From contig CAWDVV010000001.1 of the NCBI GenBank assembly GCA_963805905.1, positions 3,162,259 through 3,226,258 on the forward strand: 64,000 nucleotides of DNA, given 5' to 3'. Every line of letters starts with the position of its first letter. Positions within the stretch are counted from its first letter, which is position 1. Source of the stretch: an uncultured Microthrixaceae bacterium. GTDB taxonomy: Bacteria; Actinomycetota; Acidimicrobiia; Acidimicrobiales; Microtrichaceae. Shown in pieces: positions 9,499 through 19,176 of this stretch. The notes under the pieces are model-generated. The model had not been told where the DNA came from and searched no databases. It saw only the letters and a program-made list of their open reading frames with translations. A program made the translations under genes and the position numbers.

Positions 9499-11142
9499 TC
9501 AGGGCCGGGGGCGTGACGGAGTGGGTACGGTTCCACGCACGATCGTGCCCGCGCCCGGCGATGAGCGGACCTCGAGTTGACCTCCGAATGCACCCAATCG
9601 ATCGCGCATGTTGACGAAACCATGTCCGTCACCGCCAGATGAGGTGTCGAAACCGGCCCCGTCGTCACTCACCTCGAACCACAGATCCCGATCACCGCTG
9701 CCGAGGTTCACCGACACCTTCGATCCCATACCGGCATGTTTGCCGGCATTCTGCACGGCTTCGAGGCAACAGAAGTACACCGCTGCCTCCATTTCGGCGT
9801 CGTAGCGACCGACGCCGTCGGCTTCCACCACCACCGGCAGAACCGACCGGTTTGCAGCCGTCAGGAGCGCCTCGCCGAGCCCGCGTTCGCGCAGCAACGG
9901 CGGGTATATGCCATGTGCGAGTTCCCTCAACTCACCAAGGGTGGCCCTCAGGTCGTCGCCCAATTCCTCGGTCATCGTGGCGGCGGCCGCGGGATCGCTG
10001 TCCAGCAACGTTCGGATCAGACTCACCTTCACCGCAAGCGCAACCAGATGCTGTTGGGCGCCGTCGTGCAGGTTGCGTTCGATCTGTCGACGCGATTCAT
10101 CGGCTGCCGCCACGATACGGGCCCGCGATGCCATCAGCTCCTCGTTGCGCATCTGGAGCTCCTCCAGTGATGCCTGCAACGCGGAGTCGAGCCGGACGTT
10201 GTGCAGGGCGAGGCCGAGTTGACGGGCCAACTCCACCAGCACCCGGTCCTCCTCCTCGCTGAAAGGCGGACCCTCCCCCCTTCGTTGCAGGACTATCAAT
10301 CCGAGCAACTCACCGAGATGTGCAACGGCTACCGCCCTCACATGTGACCTTCCACGGCCTTCGAGCAGTGCCGGTGCCCACACTCCCAACCAGGCCGATC
10401 CCTGTGCATGGGCGCCGGCCACGACCGGGAGCTCCTCGCGGTTCAGTTCCAGACTCCTGGACGCCACGTGGGGGACCGAGACCGCGAGGTCCAGGTGTCC
10501 ATCGACGCCGGTCCAGAGCTCCGCGGCCTCCAGGCCCAGGGTGGTCCGCAGGGTCTCGACCAACTGCAACATCAGTTCATCCATCGGCACCGCCCGTGAC
10601 ATCCTCTGGCCGAAGGTCGCCAACAACTCCCCGGGGGAGCGACGTTCCACCTCGAGGCGCATCCGGGCCCACTCAGCCAACCGGCGGCTCGCAGGAAACG
10701 CAGCTCCGCATGCCAACGCGGCGGCGAGAGCGGACAGTGCCAGAGTGTCGCGCTCGGCACCCTCGGGTCTCCGTCCGAGCCCGACGACGACCACCACGTA
10801 GACGCCACAGACGAGCGCCACCAGGCCGGTCGCCACGATCGCCGCGGTGCTCACCCGCGCCACCACGCTCAGACCGCGACGTGACCGCGCCAGGATGACC
10901 GCCACCGGGATCACCAGGCACCCCGACGACAAACCCGTCAGCAGATTCTCGGGCCACGAGAACAGCACGCTCGAGGTGGCGGTGAGCAGCGTCACGGTGA
11001 TCACCGCGGCCACCCCGCAGACCAACCAGAGACGGCTGCTGCGAACGGTCGGGTCCCGATGGTGTCGACCCGTCAGGGCAGCCACGGCCGCGACCGCGCT
11101 CAGCGCGGCCCCGATCCAGGTCGCGAGCGACACTCCGCTCAT
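9499..11142 (-). CDS. membrane-bound GAF-domain sensor histidine kinase (HisKA_3 / NarX-like)
   Basis: N-terminal polytopic TM region and a GAF-like middle. H-box ERNLHDGAQQHLVAL. HATPase_c boxes (CLEAVQNAGKHA, VSDDGAGF, SPGAGT). Confidence 0.85.
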   Translation of the reverse strand: MSGVSLATWIGAALSAVAAVAALTGRHHRDPTVRSSRLWLVCGVAAVITVTLLTATSSVLFSWPENLLTGLSSGCLVIPVAVILARSRRGLSVVARVSTAAIVATGLVALVCGVYVVVVVGLGRRPEGAERDTLALSALAAALACGAAFPASRRLAEWARMRLEVERRSPGELLATFGQRMSRAVPMDELMLQLVETLRTTLGLEAAELWTGVDGHLDLAVSVPHVASRSLELNREELPVVAGAHAQGSAWLGVWAPALLEGRGRSHVRAVAVAHLGELLGLIVLQRRGEGPPFSEEEDRVLVELARQLGLALHNVRLDSALQASLEELQMRNEELMASRARIVAAADESRRQIERNLHDGAQQHLVALAVKVSLIRTLLDSDPAAAATMTEELGDDLRATLGELRELAHGIYPPLLRERGLGEALLTAANRSVLPVVVEADGVGRYDAEMEAAVYFCCLEAVQNAGKHAGMGSKVSVNLGSGDRDLWFEVSDDGAGFDTSSGGDGHGFVNMRDRLGAFGGQLEVRSSPGAGTIVRGTVPTPSRPRP

Positions 11143-11170
11143 CGTCGGCTCCCAGAATGCAACACCGTGA

Positions 11171-13579
11171 TCACTCCGTTCTCAGCGCGTCGGCCGGATG
11201 GTGGCGCAACAGCGAGCGGCCCGGAAACCACGACATGACAACTGCCAGGGCGATGGTGACCGGAACGACGATCAGGATCACCCGAACACCGATGGCCGGG
11301 TCGGCCACCACCCCGAGGTGCTCCACCAACGAACGCCAGACGTTGCGGCCCGCGACGAGCCCCAAGGGCACTCCGATGATCAACCCGACCGCCACGAGGA
11401 ACAACGCTTCGGTGAGCACCACGGTACGCACCCCGGAGGTCTTCAGACCCATTGTTCGCAATACCGCCATCTCGGCTCGCTTCCTGCGCGCCGAGAGAGT
11501 GAGCGTGTGCGCCAGGGCCAACAGACCGAGCACCGCGAAGAACGCTCCGATCGCCACCGCGACCGGTTGACTCTGGGTCACGTAGGTGATGACGCCGGGT
11601 ACCTGGGGTTCGGTGAACGGGTTGAACGACAGCCCGTAGTCCTTCGCAAGATCCGCCTCGAGCTCGGCGACCCGGGCCCCTCGTGGATACCGGAGCACGA
11701 CCGACGGCGAGAATTCGCCCTGACCGATGTTGGACAATCCCTCAGGGGTCAGTGCGGCCCCGTCGTCGAAGGGTGTTACATCGATGGGCTGGAACACCGC
11801 GGTACCCACGACGGTCAACTCAACCGGTCCGCCGCGGGAACGCTGCGCCGTCACGGTGTCACCGATCGACACGCCGAGCTTCTTGAGGGTACGGACCCCC
11901 AGCGCCACCTCGCCCGGACCCGACGGCAACCGTCCGGACAACCTGGTGAAAGTCGGATCACCGCGCAACGCCTTCATCGAGTATCCGCCCGTATCCCGGT
12001 CGTTCAGGACCACACTCGCCTGCTGCACCAGGCCGACACCTGCGAGACGTCGGTCCTGTGCCAGGCGCGGGGTGGGATCGCTGTCGCCGAACAGATCCGG
12101 TATCGAGGACCAGTTCCATCCCCAATGGGCCGGATCCGCCACCAGTACGTCGCTGCTACGGACCATCACCCCCGCGGCCACGATGCCCCCCACCGCGATC
12201 ACCAGGGCAGCCATCGCCGAGCGGGACCGCACGGAGCCGCGACCCCGGCTCGTGTCAGTGGCATACCGCAGCCCGGTCACCACCGCCGGCGAGGCTCCTG
12301 TGTTGTAGGCGAGCCTGGCGCTGCCCGACGCCCTGCGGGTCATTGTCGCACCCGCTGTCGAGGACCGGGCGAGCCGCCCCGCAGACCACAGTGACCACGC
12401 CACCGTGGCGCCGAACATCACCACCGCCCCGACCACAGTGAGGGTCGGATCGAACCAAACTCCCGGTGCGATCTCGGCACGGGAGGCGAGGCCGATGGGC
12501 AACAGGCGGGACAAACCGATCGAGAGACCGACTCCGACCAACAGCCCGATCGCGCAGGCGAGGATCACCGGCCCTGCTAGAGCGATCGTCCGGCGGCTGC
12601 GGGTCATCCCCAACGCCGCCAGGGTGGCCGCATCGCGTTCGCCGGCGGCCAACTGTCTCGCGATCGCCTGGGCTACCACGACCCCTCCGGCCAGCAGCGC
12701 GACCGCGGCGAACACCACGAGCCCGCCGGCCAGAGCGCTGATCGCGCGCTGCGTGGCCTCCACGTAGGTATCGGCTGCGGTGAATGCCGATGCGTAGTAA
12801 CCGCCGGGCGCACCGGATACGGGCGGCGTGGCGGCGCCGACAGCTTTCTCCAACGACCGTATGTGTTGCTGCGGATCCCGAATGCTCACTACGGCAGCAG
12901 GAGGCCACGCTCCCACGTCCGGATGCGCGGCGAGGAAGGCCGGCGACGCCAGTCCGGTGGGGCTTGTACGGCGGACATCCGCGGGTAGGTCACCCGGCGT
13001 CCGACCGATGCCGGTGATACGCAACTTGATCGTCGGACCGTTGAATCCCTCGTTGAACCCAGCGGTTCCATCACCGATCGCTTTGAGATCGGCAACGCTC
13101 CAGGTGGACACCTTGATCGTGTCACCGACGCCGAGCCCGGTCAGCTTGGCGGTCGTCTCGTTGATGAGGACCTCGTCGGGTGAATCAGGCGAAGGCATCC
13201 GACCGGCGAGGATCCGGGGTCGATCGATCCCCGTGCCGAGCACACCGTCGGGGTCGGACAGCACCGCGAAGTCCGGCAGCACGCCATCACTCGGAAAGGC
13301 ATTGATCAGATACCGACCCGTTGCGCGCTTCACCGACGGATCGGAACGCAACGCGTCAAGTACGGCGGACAGTTGAGACGGGTCCTCGGTCTGGAACTCG
13401 GCATCACTGGCGTGGGACCACGACCTGAACCGATCGAGGGTGGTGCTCGTGCGGCGGGCACCGACCAGCCCGGTGAGCACCGCGCTGCTCACAAGGACCA
13501 CCAGTAGGATCAGCCCCACCGAGGCGCCCAACTGCCGACGGAACTGGCTGCGGCCGATGAGAGCATTGACCCCGGTCAT
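11171..13579 (-). CDS. ABC transporter permease, FtsX/MacB type (duplicated 4-TM module with large extracytoplasmic domains)
   Basis: 802 aa. Two FtsX-like TM blocks are separated by soluble domains. It lies directly downstream of the cognate ATPase. Confidence 0.85.
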   Translation of the reverse strand: MTGVNALIGRSQFRRQLGASVGLILLVVLVSSAVLTGLVGARRTSTTLDRFRSWSHASDAEFQTEDPSQLSAVLDALRSDPSVKRATGRYLINAFPSDGVLPDFAVLSDPDGVLGTGIDRPRILAGRMPSPDSPDEVLINETTAKLTGLGVGDTIKVSTWSVADLKAIGDGTAGFNEGFNGPTIKLRITGIGRTPGDLPADVRRTSPTGLASPAFLAAHPDVGAWPPAAVVSIRDPQQHIRSLEKAVGAATPPVSGAPGGYYASAFTAADTYVEATQRAISALAGGLVVFAAVALLAGGVVVAQAIARQLAAGERDAATLAALGMTRSRRTIALAGPVILACAIGLLVGVGLSIGLSRLLPIGLASRAEIAPGVWFDPTLTVVGAVVMFGATVAWSLWSAGRLARSSTAGATMTRRASGSARLAYNTGASPAVVTGLRYATDTSRGRGSVRSRSAMAALVIAVGGIVAAGVMVRSSDVLVADPAHWGWNWSSIPDLFGDSDPTPRLAQDRRLAGVGLVQQASVVLNDRDTGGYSMKALRGDPTFTRLSGRLPSGPGEVALGVRTLKKLGVSIGDTVTAQRSRGGPVELTVVGTAVFQPIDVTPFDDGAALTPEGLSNIGQGEFSPSVVLRYPRGARVAELEADLAKDYGLSFNPFTEPQVPGVITYVTQSQPVAVAIGAFFAVLGLLALAHTLTLSARRKRAEMAVLRTMGLKTSGVRTVVLTEALFLVAVGLIIGVPLGLVAGRNVWRSLVEHLGVVADPAIGVRVILIVVPVTIALAVVMSWFPGRSLLRHHPADALRTE

Positions 13580-13609
13580 GTCACTGCTGCCTCGGGATCG
13601 ACTGCGCCG

Positions 13610-14269
13610 TCACGCATCCTCACTATGCGATCCGCCCCGCCGCGCCACCTCCTCGCTGTGGGTGACCATGACGATCGTCTGTCCGTCGGTGTGGAGCCTG
13701 CGGAACAGTTCGATCACCTCCGACCCACCCTCGGTGTCGAGCGCGCCTGTCGGCTCATCGGCGAGCACGACAGTCGGCTCGTTCGCCAACGCGCGCGCGA
13801 TCGCGAGACGTTGGCGTTGCCCACCGGAGAGCACCTCGGGCATCTCGTCGGCCTTGTCGCTGATTCCGAGCAGATCGAGCAGATCCCGCGCCCTGGTCTC
13901 AGCCGCCTTGCGGCGAACGCCCGGAATCATGGCCGCCAGCGCCACGTTCTCCAGTGCTGTCAGACCATCGAGCAGGTTGAAGAACTGGAACACGAAACCG
14001 ATGTGACTCGCACGCATCTGCGCCAGCCAGTCATCCGATCGACCGGTGATCGTCTCGCCCGCAATGGTGATCTCGCCTTCATCGACCGGGTCGAGTCCCG
14101 CAACCGCGTTGAGCAGCGTCGATTTTCCGCAGCCCGACGGACCCATGATCGCCACGAGCTCCGAGCGACAGACATCCAGATCCACTCCCCGCAGGGCCCT
14201 TACGGGAGACACGTCGGCTTCAAAGGTCCTCCGAACGCCTCTCACCTGCAGGACGTACTCCTCGGTCAT
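13610..14269 (-). CDS. ABC transporter ATP-binding protein (MacB/LolD-like)
   Basis: Walker A GPSGCGKST, signature LSGGQRQR, Walker B VVLADEPTGALD. Start is ATG 14269 (MTEEYVLQVRG), overlapping the upstream stop by 4 nt. The upstream part of ORF 13610..14620 is Arg-rich and non-coding-like. Confidence 0.9.
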   Translation of the reverse strand: MTEEYVLQVRGVRRTFEADVSPVRALRGVDLDVCRSELVAIMGPSGCGKSTLLNAVAGLDPVDEGEITIAGETITGRSDDWLAQMRASHIGFVFQFFNLLDGLTALENVALAAMIPGVRRKAAETRARDLLDLLGISDKADEMPEVLSGGQRQRLAIARALANEPTVVLADEPTGALDTEGGSEVIELFRRLHTDGQTIVMVTHSEEVARRGGSHSEDA

Positions 14270-15609
14270 GACGGCTCCCGGGTTCGTGGAGCCACGCCTT
14301 CCGGCGGATCCACATGGACGATTCGGAATGCGACGACCGAACCGGTGCGTCCCTTGACGAGTTGGGGAGCCAATGGCTCTGCCGGCGGTGGGGACTGCAA
14401 TGCGGTCATCGTCGACTCCCCGATGACGGTCGTACCGGCAGGCCGGGCGAGGTCCTGCAACCTCTGGGCCATGTTCACGGTGTCGCCCACCAGGGTGTAC
14501 TCGAGGCGTTCGTCGCTTCCGAGCAGGGCGGCTGCCACGTCTCCGGTCGACAACCCGATCCCCAGACCGAATGCCGGTAGCCCCTCGGACCGCCATTGGT
14601 CGTTGAGTCGGGCCTGGCATGCGTGCATCTCGGCCGCGGCGTCCAGCGCGCGTTCCGCGTGATCGGTTTGGATGAACGGCGCCCCGAACACGGCCATCAC
14701 GGCATCACCCACGTACTGCATCACGGTGCCGTCCCGCTCGAGTATGGCCCCGTTCATGGCCTTGCGGTGCGAGTTGAGTTGTCCTGCGAGAACGGTCGGG
14801 TCGCTGTACTCGGCGATGCCCGAGTATCCGCGCACGTCGGACATGAGCACCGTGACGGTCAGCCGTTCGGTCCGTTCGATCTCAGCTCGGTCCGTGCGCA
14901 GGCGTTCCGCCACTCCGCCCGGGAGCAGCCGACTCAGGGTCTCTCCCTGCTCCTCACGATCCACGATGGCCTTCTGCATCAACCGCAGCCGACGGAGGGC
15001 TCCTGCACTACCGGCGCTGGCACCACGGGCCAGCGCCAGGAACATCGCCTCGATGGCGTCGTTGGTGGCCTCGGGGGTCTCGCTCCGCGAGACCGCAATG
15101 GCCTTCACCGGGCGGCCCTCGGCGACCGCTCGAAGCAGGTCCTCATCGATTCCGTCCAGGTCCTCGGCGTCGCGCACCGGCGACACCAGGGCCGACACGA
15201 TTGCGGGATCGAGCATGGAACCACCTGTGGCCACCTCACGCACGGCTCGCGCCAGCTGGTCACCCTCGGAAACACGATCCTTCAGGAGGTAGGCGAAACC
15301 GGCTGCCCCCCCTTCCAGCAGTGAGATCGCGTAGTCCGGTTCGTCGTACTGCGACAGGATCACCACACCGGTGCCGGGTGAACGCTTGCGGACCTCCTTG
15401 GCGGCTTCGATCCCCTCGTCCTGGAAACTCGGAGGCATCCGGATGTCGGTCACCACTACATCGGGATGTGACTCCGCGGCTCCGGTCACCAGCTCGTCGA
15501 AGTCCGCCCCCACTCCCACCACGACGAGGTCGGATTCCAGTTCGAGAATGGCACGCACGCCCTCGCGAACCAGCAGGTTGTCATCCGCGAGGAAAACGGA
15601 GATGGTCAC
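14266..15609 (-). CDS. response-regulator receiver fused to class III adenylate/guanylate cyclase
   Basis: Receiver (VFLADDNLLVREG...VVTDIRMPP), a degenerate LuxR-like linker, then a cyclase domain (VTVLMSDVRGYSG...YVGDAVMAVFGAP...GLSTGDV...YTLVGDTVNMAQRL). The start is tentative (GTG 15609; the ORF is open to 15771). Confidence 0.8.
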   Translation of the reverse strand: MTISVFLADDNLLVREGVRAILELESDLVVVGVGADFDELVTGAAESHPDVVVTDIRMPPSFQDEGIEAAKEVRKRSPGTGVVILSQYDEPDYAISLLEGGAAGFAYLLKDRVSEGDQLARAVREVATGGSMLDPAIVSALVSPVRDAEDLDGIDEDLLRAVAEGRPVKAIAVSRSETPEATNDAIEAMFLALARGASAGSAGALRRLRLMQKAIVDREEQGETLSRLLPGGVAERLRTDRAEIERTERLTVTVLMSDVRGYSGIAEYSDPTVLAGQLNSHRKAMNGAILERDGTVMQYVGDAVMAVFGAPFIQTDHAERALDAAAEMHACQARLNDQWRSEGLPAFGLGIGLSTGDVAAALLGSDERLEYTLVGDTVNMAQRLQDLARPAGTTVIGESTMTALQSPPPAEPLAPQLVKGRTGSVVAFRIVHVDPPEGVAPRTREPS

Positions 15610-15773
15610 GGGTTCAATCAGACCAGAGGATGGCTGCGACGACAATGGTGCTTCCACACGCCGCGAGGGTGTGCCAGCACCACGGGAGAACGAGGGACCG
15701 CACCCTCGTGGCTGGTTTCGGTGGTACGTACCGTTGGAATTGACCTGTTCAGAATCCAACCGGAGGCACACCC

Positions 15774-16808
15774 ATGCGTCATACTGCAGAAGTCACCAGC
15801 ATCTCCTGGATCCCTTCCGAAGCGATCCCGGGTGTCAACAAGGCGGCATTCACGATCGGGTTCACCCACTACGACGAACCACCACCGGATCACATCGACG
15901 ATCTCGATGCGCTGCGGGACGCCGACCGGTTCAGGTTCGCGAACTGCCTCGAGGCATGGATCGAGGTGAGTGACGGCCGGATCACCGATGCGGGTTACAG
16001 CGGCGGGATCGTGATGGGCTCCACTTCGGTACGCCTCGCCGGAAGGGAATCCACCTTTGCAGCGATTGCGTTCCCCGACATCCGCAGGCCACCCGAGATC
16101 GGCGATGGAACAGCGCGCTTCGTGCAGTCTGTCGGTGGCCACACCGCACTGCCGCTGCCCCGCCACGTTTCACGACCGCCGTTCGTGAAGTACGAGGCAC
16201 CCACCGTGTGGACGACCCTGGCACTCACCATCGCCGTCGACGGAACCGTCGAACACGAGCTCGTCGGAGCGAGTCCCTTTCCCCGACACTGGGTCTACGA
16301 CCAGCACGGCGAGCTGGTCGCGAAAGCGGGGGTCGCCGATTTCAAGGACTGGATCCGTCACGCATTCGGCAAGCACACCCCCTGGGGTGACGCTGAGACT
16401 CCGGCACTGGTGACCACGGTCGAGACGGCCCTCGAGCGCGAGTTGGCCGAGACCGTCATGCGCCACGGTGAGAAGCCGAGCTACCGAACGGTCAAAGCCG
16501 GGAGGTGCCTGACCCAACAGGGCGATCCCGGTACCGAACTGTTCCTTCTCCTGGATGGGGTCCTGACAGCCGAGGTGGACGGCGAGGTTCTCGCAGAGCT
16601 GGGCCCCGGCGCGATCCTCGGCGAACGCTCGGTGCTCGAGGGCGGCAACCGCACGTCCACGTTGAGGGCACTCACCAAGGCCAAGGTGGCGGTGGTCCGA
16701 GGCGAGCAGATCGACCGGTCCAAGCTGGCCGAGGTGAGCCTGGGTCATCGTCGCGAGGACTCCGGTGCGCCGGGGGCCGTCGCCGCGGGGAACCTCGACA
16801 CCCCGTGA
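15774..16808 (+). CDS. cyclic-nucleotide-binding domain protein with ~230-aa N-terminal domain of unknown function
   Basis: C-terminal cNMP-binding fold (GDPGTELFLLLDGVLTAEVDGEVLAELGPGAILGERSVLEGGNRTSTLRA). GGAGG RBS before ATG 15774. Confidence 0.75.
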   Translation: MRHTAEVTSISWIPSEAIPGVNKAAFTIGFTHYDEPPPDHIDDLDALRDADRFRFANCLEAWIEVSDGRITDAGYSGGIVMGSTSVRLAGRESTFAAIAFPDIRRPPEIGDGTARFVQSVGGHTALPLPRHVSRPPFVKYEAPTVWTTLALTIAVDGTVEHELVGASPFPRHWVYDQHGELVAKAGVADFKDWIRHAFGKHTPWGDAETPALVTTVETALERELAETVMRHGEKPSYRTVKAGRCLTQQGDPGTELFLLLDGVLTAEVDGEVLAELGPGAILGERSVLEGGNRTSTLRALTKAKVAVVRGEQIDRSKLAEVSLGHRREDSGAPGAVAAGNLDTP

Positions 16809-17631
16809 GAGTCACCTTCTGTGGTGTGCGGGGGTCCACTCCGGCGCCGGGTTCGGAGTTCGTACGCTTCGGCGGGCACACGTCGTGTGTCGCGGTGAGC
16901 CCCGGTGGCCGCGAAACCCCCTCGCTGTTACTCGACGCCGGAACCGGCATCCGTCAGGTCACCACCCTGTTGGAGGGGCGGCCGTTCCGGGGCACGATCC
17001 TGCTCACACATCTGCACTGGGACCACGTGCAGGGCCTTCCGTTCTTCTCCTCGGCGGACAACGCTGCCGCGCGGACCGCGCCTCGCGTTCCCGTGCGGCG
17101 CGGATGAGGATCCGAGCGAACTCCTCGCGCGGGCGATGTCACCACCGCATTTCCCCATCAGCCCGCAAGGGCTCCAGGGGTCATGGTCCATCGAACGTCT
17201 CGGTCGAGGATCACAGGAGGTCGAAGGCCTGCACGTGACCGCTTCGGAGATCCCCCACAAGGGTGGGACAACCTACGGGCTGCGCGTCGAGAAACACGGC
17301 ACATCCTTCGCTTACGTCCCCGATCACATCCCGGATCCGTCGGGCCCGTTGGCGTCGTCGGTGAGCGCTTTGATTGCCGGGGTGGACCTGTTGATCCACG
17401 ATGCGCAGTTCCTCACCCCGGAATCCGACATCGCTCGGGACTACGGCCACTCGACCGTTCAACAGGCTGTGGATCTCGCCGTTTCGGCGGGCGTGGGTGA
17501 ACTGGCGCTGTTCCACCACGCCGCCCGGTCGGACCGACGACCAGATGGATGAATTGCTCGCGGACATCCGTCGCCCGTCGGACGCACCAACGATCACCGC
17601 CGCCCGGGATGGTGAGCACCGGGACCTCTAG
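16805..17631 (+). pseudogene. MBL-fold metallo-hydrolase (candidate cyclic-nucleotide phosphodiesterase), two apparent frameshifts
   Basis: The GTG start overlaps the upstream stop (GTGA). Frame 1 has VTFCGVRGS...LLTHLHWDHVQGLPFF. Frame 2 has MSPPHFPISP...HKGGTTYGLRVE...YVPDH...LIHDAQF. Frame 3 has GRTDDQMDELL... to the stop at 17631. Junctions are near 17065-17080 and 17520-17530. Confidence 0.7.
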
Positions 17632-17653
17632 CGTCGAGCCGGATGAACCCGTT

Positions 17654-18447
17654 TCAGGCGGGGACCCGACCGCACGCGCTGCGGGCCACCGCTTCGAGCG
17701 CGAATTCCCCGGTGGGTGAACCCAGGCGGGCGAACAGCTCTGCCCGCAGAGCCCCACGCTTCTGCTCGGTAGCGATACGCAGAACGACGCTGCCGGGCCG
17801 ATCCCTGTCATGAACCCCGCCCACAGTTCCTCGAAGGAGCGGTACCCGGAGCGCACCCGCAGCGTCGTCTCACTGACGTCGACCAGGCCTGCGGCGACCA
17901 GCAGACCTGCGACCTCGCCCTTGCGACCGAATCGCAGGATGTGGGCGTCCGCGGGTGCCGATGGGTCCACCACCAGGGCCGCGGCCCAGAAGTGTCGGAG
18001 CATCTCCATTCCCTCTTCGGAATCCCATACACACGTCCCGACCACCCCTCCCGGTCGCACCACCCGCCGGAGTTCGCCCGCAGCGAGAGCGGGATCCGAA
18101 ACGAAGTGCAGGACCAACTGCGCGAGCGCCGCGTCAAAGGTCTCGTCGCCGAAGGGGATCGCCTCGGCCCGTCCTTCGCGGACGTCCACTCCGACACACC
18201 GGGAAGCGCACTCGGTCACGAACGGCGGGGACGGGTCACACGCCGAGACCGACCCGGTACCGAGTCGGTCGACCAGCACGTTCGTGAGAGCACCCGGCCC
18301 GCAGCCGACATCGAGCGCGGAGTGGCCGGTGTGCAACCCGACAGAGTCGACGAACAGCTCCGCGAGCGGTTCGGAATAGCGGCCCATGAACGAGAAATAC
18401 GCCTCACCCGAAGTCTGGAATGTCTCGGCATAGTCGCTTGAGTCCAT
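17654..18447 (-). pseudogene. class I SAM-dependent methyltransferase, one apparent frameshift near 17770-17780
   Basis: MDSSDYAETF...ALDVGCGPGALT...PGGVV in the frame of ORF 17413..18867. The family-like C-terminus EQKRGALRAELFARLGSPTGEFALEAVARSACGRVPA* is in another frame and ends at TGA 17654-17656. GGAGG RBS before ATG 18447. Confidence 0.75.
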
Positions 18448-18495
18448 CGATAACCTCCGGTCGCCACCCACCGTATCCGCACGTAGGATCAGGCG

Positions 18496-18936
18496 ATGCT
18501 GATCACGACGAGCTTCGACTTCCCCGGCTATGAAATCACCTCCATGCAGGGTGAGATCTTCGGTCTCACCGTGCGGTCCCGCAACATCGGTGCCGGCTGC
18601 ATGGCAGGGTTGCGCTCGATCGGTGGCGGCGAGATCCCGGAGTTCACCAAGCTGCTGGCACAGAGTCGCAGCGAGGCAATGGCCCGCATGGTGGAGGAGG
18701 CCCGCAGGCTCGGAAGCACGGCCATAATCGGGATGCGGTTCGATTCCGGAGCGATCGGGCAGTGGAGCGAAATCTGCGCCTATGGAACAGGCGTCACCGT
18801 CGAACCGGTCACCGACTATGCGAGACAGCAGTTCGAGTACATGACGGCCACCGGTGGCATGCCCCAACAGGGCGGCTACAGCACCCAGGTGAGCGAATGG
18901 AGCGACCAGCCCGCTGCTTCGAACCCCCCGGGCTGA
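18496..18936 (+). CDS. YbjQ/UPF0145-family protein with Gln/Gly-rich C-terminal tail
   Basis: MLITTSFDFPGYEITSMQGEIFGLTVRSRNIG...IIGMRFDS is typical of the YbjQ family. Confidence 0.8.
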   Translation: MLITTSFDFPGYEITSMQGEIFGLTVRSRNIGAGCMAGLRSIGGGEIPEFTKLLAQSRSEAMARMVEEARRLGSTAIIGMRFDSGAIGQWSEICAYGTGVTVEPVTDYARQQFEYMTATGGMPQQGGYSTQVSEWSDQPAASNPPG

Positions 18937-19176
18937 CCGGTACGTTCACAGAGGCATCGCTTGAACGGACCTGATGACGCGCTCAGCGAACATCCGGTGA
19001 GGTGTACACGATGGTCCGGAAGTCCTCGAGGGAACGGGGGCGCGTCCGGACCAGTGGACATGTCGGTGGAGAGCACCACCCCCGATCAGACGCTCCGCGG
19101 GGTTGTCGGTTGATTCGGGAATCGAAGGCTGTCATGTGCTTGTGGACGGTTCGGAGCGACCGTCGTGACCCGTGGA

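Noticed and set aside
14270-14620. Upstream extension of the ABC ATPase ORF.
   Set aside because: The translation is Arg-rich and overlaps the cyclase gene. The canonical N-terminus MTEEYVLQVRG begins at 14269 with an ATGA overlap.
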